Positions 22,379 through 31,685 of a stretch of DNA of 64,000 nt are shown in pieces. The translations under genes and the position numbers were made by a program. Position 1 is the stretch's first letter. Each line of letters starts with the position of its first letter. The stretch spans positions 176,549 through 240,548 of the forward strand of contig CAVVQH010000006.1 of NCBI GenBank assembly GCA_963750345.1. Direction: 5' to 3'. The notes under the pieces were generated by a model. It worked only from the letters and a program-made list of their open reading frames with translations, was not told the DNA's origin and did not search any database. This DNA is from an uncultured Actinomycetota bacterium. Lineage in GTDB: Bacteria; Actinomycetota; Actinomycetes; Propionibacteriales; Nocardioidaceae.

Positions 22379-23476
22379 TCAGGCGTCGAAGTCCAGGACC
22401 AGCGTGTCCGAGGTCGGGTGCGACTGGCAGGTGAGCACGTAGCCCCGCTCGACCTCCTCGGGCTCCAGCGCCCAGTTGGTGTCCATCGACACCGTGCCCT
22501 CGACGACCCGCGCCCGGCAGGTGCCGCACACGCCGCCCTTGCAGGCGAACGGCGCGTCCGCCCGCACCGCCAGCGCCGCGTCCAGCACGACGGGTCCGTC
22601 GGGAGCGAGGGTGAAGGAGGACCGCCGGCCGTCGAGGGTGAGGGAGACCTGCGCTCCCGAGGCTCCCGCACCCTCCACGGGACGGGCGGAGCCGCTCGAC
22701 GGGGCACGAGCCGGGGAGGCCGTCTCGACGTGGAAGACCTCGGCGTGGACGCTGCGCCGGGCCACCCCGGAGGAGACCAGCAGCCGGCGCAGGTCGGAGA
22801 CCATCGCGAACGGGCCGCACAGGTACCACTCGTCGACGGTGTCGACGGGCAGCAGCACCTCGAGGATGCGGGTCATCCGCTCGACGTCCAGCCGCCCGGA
22901 GAACAGCTCGACCTCCTGCGGCTCGCGGGACAGGACGTGCACCAGGTGGAAGCGGTCGGGGTAGGTGTCCTTCAGGTCCTCGACCTCGTCGAGGAACATC
23001 ACGGTGGAGTGGGTGCGGTTGGCGTAGAGCAGGGTCACCCTGGACGCCGGCTCGGCGGCCAGGGTGGTGGCGACCACCGACAGCACCGGGGTGATGCCCG
23101 AGCCGGCCGCGACGCACACGTGGTGGCGGGCCCGGGTGGGGTCGGGCTCGGTGCCGAAGCGTCCGGCCGGCGTCATCACGTCCAGGACGTCGCCCGGGCG
23201 CAGGACGTCCAGGGCGTGGCCGGAGAAGGCCCCGCCGGGCAGCCGCTTGACCGCCACCCGCAGCACCCCGGAGCCGGCCGGCGAGCAGATGGAGTAGCTG
23301 CGGCGCACGTCGTCGCCGGCCAGCTCGGTGCGGAGCGTCAGGTGCTGTCCCGCGGCGAACGCGTAGTCCTCGGCCAGCTCGGGCGGCACCGTGAAGGTGA
23401 CGGCGACGGAGTCCTCGGTCACCGGCTCGACGCTCTGCACCGACAGCGGGTGGAACACCGGGTGGACCGGTGGCAT
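22379..23476 (-). CDS. paaE: Phenylacetyl-CoA epoxidase reductase subunit
   Basis: RRSYSIC FAD motif, AAGSGITP, YLCGP, 2Fe-2S CKGGVCGTC...C. Confidence 0.93.
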   Translation of the reverse strand: MPPVHPVFHPLSVQSVEPVTEDSVAVTFTVPPELAEDYAFAAGQHLTLRTELAGDDVRRSYSICSPAGSGVLRVAVKRLPGGAFSGHALDVLRPGDVLDVMTPAGRFGTEPDPTRARHHVCVAAGSGITPVLSVVATTLAAEPASRVTLLYANRTHSTVMFLDEVEDLKDTYPDRFHLVHVLSREPQEVELFSGRLDVERMTRILEVLLPVDTVDEWYLCGPFAMVSDLRRLLVSSGVARRSVHAEVFHVETASPARAPSSGSARPVEGAGASGAQVSLTLDGRRSSFTLAPDGPVVLDAALAVRADAPFACKGGVCGTCRARVVEGTVSMDTNWALEPEEVERGYVLTCQSHPTSDTLVLDFDA

Positions 23477-23970
23477 CACAGGGCCTTGAAGTGGTCGAAC
23501 GGCTCCCGGCAGGACCGGCACACCCACAGCGACTTGCACGCCGTCGACCCGAAGTGGCTCAGCTCCCGGGTGTCCGGGGACCCGCACTGCGGGCAGCGCA
23601 GCGTCAGGGTGAGCGCGACCGGGCCGTCCACCGCACGGGCCGGGCCGGGCGGCACGATGCCGTACTCCCGGAGCTTGCGCCGCCCGTCCTGGCTCATCCA
23701 GTCCGTGGTCCAGGCCGGGGCCAGCGCGAACTCCACCGTCACCGCGTCGTAGCCGGCCCCCGCCAGCGCGGCGAGCACGTCGTCGCGGATGGCCTCGGTG
23801 GCCGGGCAGCCGGAGTACGTCGGGGTGATGGTCACCGTGACCTGCCCGTCCTCGGCCACCCGGACGTCGCGCAGGATGCCCAGGTCGGCGATGGTGAGCA
23901 CCGGCACCTCGGGGTCGAGCACGGCGGCCGCGACGTCCCACGCGTCCTGCCGCCGGGTCGCGACGCTCAC
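23476..23970 (-). CDS. paaD: Phenylacetyl-CoA epoxidase subunit D
   Basis: DPEVPVLTIADLG, TPTYSGCPA, CPQCGS..FGSTACKSLWVCRSCREPFDHFK. Confidence 0.93.
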   Translation of the reverse strand: MSVATRRQDAWDVAAAVLDPEVPVLTIADLGILRDVRVAEDGQVTVTITPTYSGCPATEAIRDDVLAALAGAGYDAVTVEFALAPAWTTDWMSQDGRRKLREYGIVPPGPARAVDGPVALTLTLRCPQCGSPDTRELSHFGSTACKSLWVCRSCREPFDHFKAL

Positions 23971-24722
23971 CACGACGCCCCCGGGTGCGCCCGGGCCAGG
24001 CCCTGCAGCTCCTCCAGCAGCGGGCCCATCGCCTCGGTGTGCTCGCCGCGCCGTCCCCCGCCCGGCGCCGGCCGGAGCTCGCTGGACGGCCACGTGAGGG
24101 TGGCCTCGTGCAGGACGGCCGCGACGCGGCGGTCGAAGGCGGGTCGCAGGAGGGCCGGGTCGACCGCGACGCCGCTCTCCAGCAGGGCGGGGTCGACGTA
24201 CGAGCCGTCGAAGAGCTCCGCCACGTAGGGCCACTCCGCCTCGAGACCCGCCTGCATGCGCTCGTGCGAGAGCTCGGTACCGTCGCCGAGCCGGAGGACC
24301 CACACCGTCGCGTGGTCGCGGTGGTAGTCGACCTCCTTGACCGCCTTGGCGGCCACCGCCGCCAGCGTGGCGTCGGTCGAGGTGCGCAGGTGGCCGTAGA
24401 GCTCGCACAGGTACGTCGAGAGCAGCAGCAGCCGGGCCACGGCCGCCCCGAAGTCGCCCTGCGGACGCTCCACGAGGTGAACGTTGCGGAACGCGTGCTC
24501 GTCGCGGTGGTAGGCCAGGTCGTCCTCGGTGCGCACCGGGTCCTCCAGCGACCCCGCGTAGGTCAGCAGCGACCTGGCCTGGCCCAGCAGGTCGAGCGCG
24601 ATGTTGCCCAGCGCCACGTCCTGCTCGATCTGGGGGGACCGGGCGATCCACTCCCCGGTGCGCTGGGCCGCGACCAGGGCGTCGTCGGCCAGGCACAGCA
24701 CGTAGTCCCGGGTCGTGCTCAC
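23967..24722 (-). CDS. paaC: Phenylacetyl-CoA epoxidase subunit C
   Basis: LADDALV, DVALGNIALDLLGQAR, KEVDYH, LGDGTELSH. Confidence 0.93.
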   Translation of the reverse strand: MSTTRDYVLCLADDALVAAQRTGEWIARSPQIEQDVALGNIALDLLGQARSLLTYAGSLEDPVRTEDDLAYHRDEHAFRNVHLVERPQGDFGAAVARLLLLSTYLCELYGHLRTSTDATLAAVAAKAVKEVDYHRDHATVWVLRLGDGTELSHERMQAGLEAEWPYVAELFDGSYVDPALLESGVAVDPALLRPAFDRRVAAVLHEATLTWPSSELRPAPGGGRRGEHTEAMGPLLEELQGLARAHPGASW

Positions 24723-25078
24723 AGGTGCTCGACCCCCTCGGGGACGTCGTAGAAGGTGGGGTGGCGGTAGATCTTGTCCGCGGCCGGGTCGAAGAACGCG
24801 TCCTTCTCCTGCGGGCTCGAGGCCGTGATCGCACCGGACTCCACCACCCACAGCGACACGCCCTCCTGGCGACGGGTGTAGACGTCGCGGGCGTTGCGCA
24901 GGGCCATCTCGGCGTCGGGGGCGTGCAGCGAGCCCACGTGCACGTGGGAGAGCCCGCGCCGCGAGCGCACGAACACCTCGAACAGCGGCCAGCCGCGCCG
25001 CTCCCCCGACGACGCCCGCGGGCCCTGCTCGGCCTCGCTCCGCTCGGGACCGCGCTCCTCGGGGGCGCCGGGGGTCAC
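24719..25078 (-). CDS. paaB: Phenylacetyl-CoA epoxidase subunit B
   Basis: [38 protein letters not shown]. Confidence 0.93.
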   Translation of the reverse strand: MTPGAPEERGPERSEAEQGPRASSGERRGWPLFEVFVRSRRGLSHVHVGSLHAPDAEMALRNARDVYTRRQEGVSLWVVESGAITASSPQEKDAFFDPAADKIYRHPTFYDVPEGVEHL

Positions 25079-26058
25079 GAGGCGAGGTCCGCCGTGCGCC
25101 GGGCGGCCCGCTTCTCGGCGTACGCCGTGGCGGCCTCCCGCACCCAGGCACCGTCCTCGTGGGCCCCGCGGCGGTGGGCCATCCGCTCGGCGTTGCAGGG
25201 GCCGTTGCCGCGGATGACCTCCTGCAGCTCGGAGAAGTCGATGGGGCCGAAGTCGTAGTGGCCGCGCTCCTCGTTCCAGGCGATGGCCGGGTCGGGCAGC
25301 GTGAGCCCCAGCGCGGCGGCCTGCGGCACGGTCATGTCCACGAAGCGCTGCCGCAGGTCGTCGTTGGCGAAGCGCTTGACGCCCCAGGCCATGGACCGTG
25401 CGGTGTGCCCGCCCGTGGCCGCCTCGCCGGTGTCGTGCGGGCCGAACATCATCAGGCTGGGCCACCACCAGCGGTCCACCGCCGCCTGCGCCATGGCGTG
25501 CTGCTCCGGGGTGCCGTTCGACAGCGTGTGCAGCGCCTCGAAGCCCTGCCGCTGGTGGAAGGACTCCTCCTTGCACACCCGGATCATGGCCCGGGCGTAG
25601 GGGCCGTAGGAGCACCGGCACAGCGGCACCTGGTTGACGATCGCCGCACCGTCCACGAGCCAGCCGATGGCCCCGATGTCGGCCCAGGTCGGGGTCGGGT
25701 AGTTGAAGATCGAGGAGTACTTCTGGCGGCCCTCGTGCAGCAGGTCGAGCAGGTCCTCCCGGTCCACGCCCAGCGTCTCCGCCGCGGCGTACAGGTACAG
25801 CCCGTGCCCGGCCTCGTCCTGCACCTTGGCCATCAGGATCGCCTTGCGCCGCAGGCTGGGCGCACGCCCGATCCAGGCGCCCTCGGGCTGCATGCCGATG
25901 ATCTCGGAGTGTGCGTGCTGGGCGATCTGCCGCACCAGTGAGGCCCGGTAGTCCTCGGGCATCTCGTCGCGGGGCTCGATGCGGCCGTCCTCGCCGACGA
26001 TGCGCCAGAAGTCCGTGAGGTCGGGCTGGTCACGCTGGTCGATCCGGGTGCCGTCCAT
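25075..26058 (-). CDS. paaA: Phenylacetyl-CoA epoxidase subunit A (di-iron)
   Basis: [48 protein letters not shown]. Confidence 0.95.
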   Translation of the reverse strand: MDGTRIDQRDQPDLTDFWRIVGEDGRIEPRDEMPEDYRASLVRQIAQHAHSEIIGMQPEGAWIGRAPSLRRKAILMAKVQDEAGHGLYLYAAAETLGVDREDLLDLLHEGRQKYSSIFNYPTPTWADIGAIGWLVDGAAIVNQVPLCRCSYGPYARAMIRVCKEESFHQRQGFEALHTLSNGTPEQHAMAQAAVDRWWWPSLMMFGPHDTGEAATGGHTARSMAWGVKRFANDDLRQRFVDMTVPQAAALGLTLPDPAIAWNEERGHYDFGPIDFSELQEVIRGNGPCNAERMAHRRGAHEDGAWVREAATAYAEKRAARRTADLAS

Positions 26059-26079
26059 GAGCGCCAGCCTACCAGCCGC

Positions 26080-26121
26080 GTGTGACACTCCGGGCGCAAC
26101 CGTGCGGCCGAGGTGTCACAC
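26080..26121. repeat. 42-bp inverted repeat between divergent paaA and GNAT genes
   Basis: GTGTGACAC (26080-26088) pairs perfectly with GTGTCACAC (26113-26121), with further inner pairing. Confidence 0.7.
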
Positions 26122-26184
26122 CGATGCCGGAGCCGAAGGAGGCGCCGGGCCGGTGGTGCCCGCGCCACCTGGGAGACTGGGCCC

Positions 26185-26760
26185 ATGACCAGCCACCAGC
26201 ACCCCGGCGGCGGCCCGACCGCCGACGTCTCCGTCCGGATCGGCTGGGGCGACGACGCCGCCGGCATCGCGGAGGTCCAGGTCCGGGCCTGGCGCCAGGA
26301 GTACGCCGACCTGCTGCCCGCCGAGGTGGTCGAGAGCCTCGACGCCGAGCAGTTCGCCACCGCGTGGGCGGGGTCGCTGGCCGCTCCCGGCGACGCCCGG
26401 CACCGTGTGCTGGTGGCGCTCGAGCGCAACACCATCCGGGGCTTCGCGCTGACCGGGCCGAGCCCGGACCCGGACGCCGACCCCGTCGCGGTCGGCGAGA
26501 TCTCCGAGCTGACCGTCGACCCCGGGCACACCCGGCACGGGCACGGCTCCCGGCTGGTGCAGGCCTGCGTGGACACCCTGCGGGCGGACCGGTTCGGGAC
26601 CGCGGTGGTCTGGCTGGCCGCCGAGGACGACGTACGACGCGGGTTCCTCACGAGCGCGGGCTGGGCGCCCGACGGGGCGCACCGCGAGCTCGACCTGCAC
26701 GGCGACGGGACCGTGCGGGTCAAGCAGGTCCGGCTGCACGCCGACCTGCGCGAGGAGTGA
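26185..26760 (+). CDS. GNAT family N-acetyltransferase
   Basis: VDPGHTRHGHGSRL acetyl-CoA motif; FLTSAGW. Confidence 0.85.
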   Translation: MTSHQHPGGGPTADVSVRIGWGDDAAGIAEVQVRAWRQEYADLLPAEVVESLDAEQFATAWAGSLAAPGDARHRVLVALERNTIRGFALTGPSPDPDADPVAVGEISELTVDPGHTRHGHGSRLVQACVDTLRADRFGTAVVWLAAEDDVRRGFLTSAGWAPDGAHRELDLHGDGTVRVKQVRLHADLREE

Positions 26761-27497
26761 GCCCCGCGGGGGGTGCACCGGGCCGGTCCTCGATCATCAC
26801 CGAGGGCGTGGCCGTCGGGCTCGCCACCGGTGCCTACGGCGTCTCCTTCGGGGCCGTCTCGGTGGCCGCCGGGCTGGACGTGCTGCAGACCTGCGCCCTG
26901 TCGCTGCTGCTGTTCACCGGCGCCTCCCAGTTCGCGCTGGTCGGGGTGGTCGCCTCCGGAGGGGCACCGCTGTCCGGGGCCATGACCGCGCTGCTGCTGG
27001 GCTCGCGCAACACGCTCTACGGGCTGCGGCTCGCGCCGCTGCTGGACTGGCACGGCTGGCGCCGGGTCGGGGCCGCCCACCTGCTGATCGACGAGTCGAC
27101 GGCGATGGCGGTCAACCGGGGCAGCACCCCGGACGCCCGCACCGGCTTCCTCTCCACCGGGGTGTCGGTCTTCCTGCTGTGGAACCTGGCCACCCTCGGC
27201 GGCGCCGTCGCCGGTACGTCGCTCGGCGACCCCCGGACCTACGGCCTGGACGCCGCGGTGGGCGGCGCGTTCCTGGCCCTGCTGTGGCCCCGGCTGAGCA
27301 GCAGGCTGCACCGCACCGTCGGCGTCCTCGCGGCCGCCGTGGCCCTCGGGCTGGTGCCGGTCACCACCGCCGGGGTGCCCGTGCTGGCCGCGGCCGGGGT
27401 CGCCGTCCTCGCGGGCGCCCTCCCCCGCCGGCCCTCGCGAGCGGGCGCGGGTCGACCGGGCGCGGGTCGACGGGGCCGCCCGGGGCACGCCGGATGA
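26757..27497 (+). CDS. azlC: AzlC family branched-chain amino acid exporter permease
   Basis: LSLLLFTGASQF, RNTLYG, LIDES. Confidence 0.88.
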   Translation: MSPAGGAPGRSSIITEGVAVGLATGAYGVSFGAVSVAAGLDVLQTCALSLLLFTGASQFALVGVVASGGAPLSGAMTALLLGSRNTLYGLRLAPLLDWHGWRRVGAAHLLIDESTAMAVNRGSTPDARTGFLSTGVSVFLLWNLATLGGAVAGTSLGDPRTYGLDAAVGGAFLALLWPRLSSRLHRTVGVLAAAVALGLVPVTTAGVPVLAAAGVAVLAGALPRRPSRAGAGRPGAGRRGRPGHAG

Positions 27498-27799
27498 GCC
27501 CTACCTGGGTGGCGATCCTGGTCGCCGGGGCCGGCTGCTACACCCTGAAGCTCCTCGGCCTGTCGGTGCCGCCGCGGGTGCTGGAGCGACCCGTGGTCGA
27601 GCGGGTGGCCGACCTGCTGCCCGTCGCCCTGCTGTCGGCGCTGATCGCCGTGCAGGTGCTCGGCTCCGGCCGGCACCTCGTGGTGGACGCCCGCGTGGTC
27701 GGTCTCGGCGTCGCCTGCGTGGCCCTGCTCCTGCGGGCCCCGTTCCTCGTGGTGGTGCTGGCCGCCGCGGCGTCCGCCGCCCTGGTCCGCCTGCTGTGA
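27494..27799 (+). CDS. azlD: AzlD domain protein
   Basis: Small hydrophobic ORF, ATGA overlap with azlC; LLPVALLSAL. Confidence 0.85.
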   Translation: MSPTWVAILVAGAGCYTLKLLGLSVPPRVLERPVVERVADLLPVALLSALIAVQVLGSGRHLVVDARVVGLGVACVALLLRAPFLVVVLAAAASAALVRLL

Positions 27800-27930
27800 C
27801 CCGGTCCAGGCGGCGGCCACGCAGGTAGGGTCGCACCGACGGCCCCGCCCTCGCCCGGACCCCGCGGTGCTCCGGCTCGTCCCTCACCGCCGGCCACGGC
27901 CGGCCACCGCCCACGGACCGAGGGGGACTC

Positions 27931-28173
27931 ATGGGTCACGACGCACGCCGATCCGGCCTCGAGGTCCTCGGCCCGCTGCTGCGCGAGGTCGGCCGGGCCC
28001 GTGCTTCTCTGGCGGCGGTGCGCACGTCGGGGTCGCCCGAGCGCACCCGGCACGCCCGCTCGGAGCTGTTCGACGCGTTGACGGCGTACACCGGGGAGCT
28101 CACCACCCGTGGTCTGCCGGTGCCCTACGCCATCCGCGACGAGCTCTGGCTGCTGCAGCACGTCCCCTGGTGA
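27931..28173 (+). CDS. Hypothetical protein
   Basis: GAGGGGG RBS; 80 aa, GC-rich third positions; LPVPYAIRDEL motif. Confidence 0.65.
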   Translation: MGHDARRSGLEVLGPLLREVGRARASLAAVRTSGSPERTRHARSELFDALTAYTGELTTRGLPVPYAIRDELWLLQHVPW

Positions 28174-28239
28174 CACGCGTAGGATCGGCGGCAACACCCG
28201 ACCCTCGCATCGACGGCGTGCTGCGGTGCCAGAGGCGGG

Positions 28240-28937
28240 ATGGTGGTGAGGATGGGCGGACAGGGCGACGGGCGGCTCCCGCCCGGCGATGCCGTCGTCG
28301 CCCGGATCGGGAGACTGTGTGAGCTCGGGGTGCGGACGGCCGGCGTGGACGGCGCGGGGGTCTCGGTGATCGCCGACGCAGGACCACAGCCCGTGCTCAG
28401 CACCGACGACCTCTCCGCGCTGATCGAGGAGCTCCAGTTCACCCTCGGCGAGGGTCCGTGCTTCAACGCCACGGCCACCCAGACACCGGTCCTGGTCAGC
28501 GACCTGGCCGACCCGCCGGGAAGGCATCGCGCCCGCATGGCCGGCGTTCCGCGACGAGGCCGTCGCCGCCGGCGTACGGGCGGTGTTCGCGTTCCCGCTG
28601 CGGGGTCGGGGCCGTCGACCATCGGCACGCTGGACCTGTACCGCGCGGAGCCGGGCCCGCTGGACCGCGACCAGCTGTCGAGCACCCTGCGCACCGCCGA
28701 CGCGGTGGGGCCCGCCCTGCTGACGCCAGGACCTGCTGCAGGACGAGCCGCCGGCGCGGGCTGGCTGCGATGACCGTGCACCAGGCCGCCGGCATGGTGA
28801 TGGCGCAGACGGGCGGGAGCATCGAGGAGGCGCTGCTGCTGCTGCGCGCCACCGCCTACGGACAGGGCCGACCGGTCCACGAGCTGGCGACCGACGTCCT
28901 CGAGGGGCGCCGCACCTTCACCGAGGAGGAGACATGA
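28240..28937 (+). CDS. GAF-ANTAR protein, frameshifted
   Basis: EELQFTLGEGPC GAF motif; VHQAAGMVMAQ..EALLLLRATAY ANTAR; start uncertain. Confidence 0.8.
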
Positions 28938-29704
28938 GCTCCGAGAACGCCGACCCGGCGGAGGACGGCGCGGTGATGACCCGTGACGCACGGCTGGCCC
29001 GCCGGTTCGTGGCGCTGGCCGACACGCTGGTCGACGACTACGACGTCGTGGACCTGCTGGACCGCCTGGTCACCAGCTGCGTCGAGCTGCTGGACGTCGC
29101 GGCGGCCGGGCTGCTGCTCAGCGACCAGCGGGGCCAGCTGCAGCTGGTGGCCTCCTCCAGCGACGCGACCCGGCGTCGTCGAGCTCTTCCAGCTCGAGAA
29201 CGAGGAGGGGCCGTGCCTGGAGGCCGTGCGCACCGGCCGCCGGGTGGTCGCGGACGTGACCCGGAGAGCTGCGCCGGCGGTGGCCCGCCTTCGCCGCCTC
29301 GGCCGCTCCGTCGGCGTTCCTGTCGGTGCACGCCTGCCCCATGCGGCTGCGCGCAGGAGACCATCGGGGCGCTCAACCTCTTCGGGACCGCGGCGTCCGC
29401 GCCCATGGCGGCCGACGAGCTCCGCATCGCCCAGGCGCTCGCCGACGTGGCCACCATCGCGATCCTGCAGCAGCGCTCGCTGCACCGCGCCTCCCTGGTG
29501 GCCGAGCAGCTGCAGACCGCGCTGAACAGCCGCATCGTCATCGAGCAGGCCAAGGGCGTCCTGGCCGAGTCCGGGCAGCTGGACATGGACGCCGCCTTCC
29601 AGGCGCTGCGGTCCTACGCCCGCAGCACGAGCACCAAGCTGGGCACCGTGGCGGGTCGGCTGGTGCGCCGCGAGCTGGCCGCCGAGACGATCCTCGACCG
29701 GTAG
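28934..29704 (+). CDS. GAF-ANTAR protein, frameshifted
   Basis: FVALADTLVDDYDVVDLL; QLQTALNSRIVIEQAKGVL..AFQALRSYAR. Confidence 0.88.
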   Translation: MSSENADPAEDGAVMTRDARLARRFVALADTLVDDYDVVDLLDRLVTSCVELLDVAAAGLLLSDQRGQLQLVASSSDATRRRRALPARERGGAVPGGRAHRPPGGRGRDPESCAGGGPPSPPRPLRRRSCRCTPAPCGCAQETIGALNLFGTAASAPMAADELRIAQALADVATIAILQQRSLHRASLVAEQLQTALNSRIVIEQAKGVLAESGQLDMDAAFQALRSYARSTSTKLGTVAGRLVRRELAAETILDR

Positions 29705-29719
29705 CGGGCGTCGCTCGGT

Positions 29720-29751
29720 CCGTTCAGCCGTGCAGCCGTTCAGCCGTGCAG
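29720..29751. repeat. Perfect 16-bp tandem duplication
   Basis: CCGTTCAGCCGTGCAG twice, spanning the stop codon of the 29740-30174 gene. Confidence 0.8.
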
Positions 29752-30174
29752 CGTCAGCGCGTGCCGGGCGGCGCCGCGGGCCCGGGTGCGGTCCCCGGCG
29801 ACGTCGTAGGCCAGGGCGAGGCGGAACCACGCCCGCCAGTCGTCCGGGTCGGCCTCCGCCTGCTCGCGCATGGTCGCGAACCGGGCGTCCGCGGCGGCCC
29901 GGTCCACCCGGCCCGACGGGCGGCGGGGAAGGTCGTCCACGGGCAGTCCGCCCTCCTCGGCGAGCTGGCGGGCCAGCACCGCGGTACGACGGCCGAACTC
30001 GATCTCGCGCCACACCAGGGCGAGCCCCAGCACGGGCAGCAGCAGCAGCGCCACGCCCAGCACCTGACCCACGACCGAGTCGCTGCGCAGCAGCAGGATG
30101 CCCTTGAAGCCGATGAGGCCGGCGTAGAAGACCACCACGGCGACCAGCACCACGATGGTGGAGCGAGTCCTCAC
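29740..30174 (-). CDS. Conserved membrane protein with TPR-like C-terminus (dapB-associated)
   Basis: Two TMs; LPRRPSGRVDR; DWRAWFRLALAYDVAGDR. Confidence 0.8.
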   Translation of the reverse strand: MRTRSTIVVLVAVVVFYAGLIGFKGILLLRSDSVVGQVLGVALLLLPVLGLALVWREIEFGRRTAVLARQLAEEGGLPVDDLPRRPSGRVDRAAADARFATMREQAEADPDDWRAWFRLALAYDVAGDRTRARGAARHALTLHG

Positions 30175-30178
30175 CGGC

Positions 30179-30949
<771 letters not shown>

Positions 30950-31019
30950 CTAGCCGCCACCCCCGGGCGCCCGCCGGGGACTGTCGGTGCTCACCCGTAG
31001 CGTCCGTCGTGACGGGAGG

Positions 31020-31066
31020 GTTCAGTTATGGACTGAACTCGGCCCGGAATCAGTGTTAGCGTGAAC
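31020..31066. promoter_or_regulatory. Two 19-bp palindromes (GTTCAG-N7-CTGAAC type) over the SatD promoter
   Basis: GTTCAGttatggaCTGAAC 31020-31038; AATCAGtgttagcGTGAAC 31048-31066, containing candidate -10 TAGCGT 5 nt before the ATG. Confidence 0.7.
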
Positions 31067-31067
31067 T

Positions 31068-31685
31068 ATGAGCGAGGTCGTGTACACCGTGATCGGAGAC
31101 CTGGTGGGCTCGCGCACCGTGCCGGACCGGGCCGGGGTGCAGCGGGCACTGGACGACGCGCTGCGCGAGGTGGGCGAGCACGTCCCCGTCGCCCAGGCCT
31201 TCGAGCCGACGGTCGGCGACGAGTACCAGGGCGCCTGCCGCACCCTGGCCGAGGCCGTGCTGGCCGCCCTGCTCGTGCGGCTGACGCTGCTCCCCCTGGT
31301 CGACGTGCGCTGCGGGATCGGCCACGGCGAGGTCACCGTGCACGACGCCGCCCGCCGACCGGTGCTCCAGGACGGACCGGGCTGGTGGTCGGCACGCGCC
31401 GCCATCGAGGAGCTGGACGGCCGGCGCTCCAGCGCACGCACGTGGTACGCCGGGCCCGACGGGTCGGCGGTCAACGCGTTCCTGCTCTGCCGCGACCAGG
31501 CGGTGGACCGGCTCAACGAGCGCGGCGTCCGCATGCTGCGGCTGGCGCTGCTCGGGCACAGCCAGAAGGACATCGCGGCCCGGGAGGGGATCTGGCCCTC
31601 GGCGGTCTCGCAGCAGTTCACCCGGAGCATCGGCGTCGTGGTGGAGTCGATGCGGGTGCTGGCCGCGGGCGGCGTGGCCCGGTGA
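31068..31685 (+). CDS. SatD family protein (class III nucleotidyl cyclase-like fold + C-terminal HTH)
   Basis: VIGDLVGSR, TVGDEYQG, RCGIGHGEV, QDGPGWWSAR; HTH SQKDIAAREGIWPSAVSQ. Confidence 0.8.
   Translation: MSEVVYTVIGDLVGSRTVPDRAGVQRALDDALREVGEHVPVAQAFEPTVGDEYQGACRTLAEAVLAALLVRLTLLPLVDVRCGIGHGEVTVHDAARRPVLQDGPGWWSARAAIEELDGRRSSARTWYAGPDGSAVNAFLLCRDQAVDRLNERGVRMLRLALLGHSQKDIAAREGIWPSAVSQQFTRSIGVVVESMRVLAAGGVAR

Noticed and set aside
26185-26760. GNAT genes (also 59733-60578) as toxin-antitoxin toxins
   Set aside because: No adjacent small RHH/DUF1778 antitoxin; both sit in ordinary chromosomal contexts.
28174-28240. Twin ANTAR hairpins directly upstream of the first GAF-ANTAR gene
   Set aside because: Candidate A1/G4 loops have stems of only 2 bp; not supportable.
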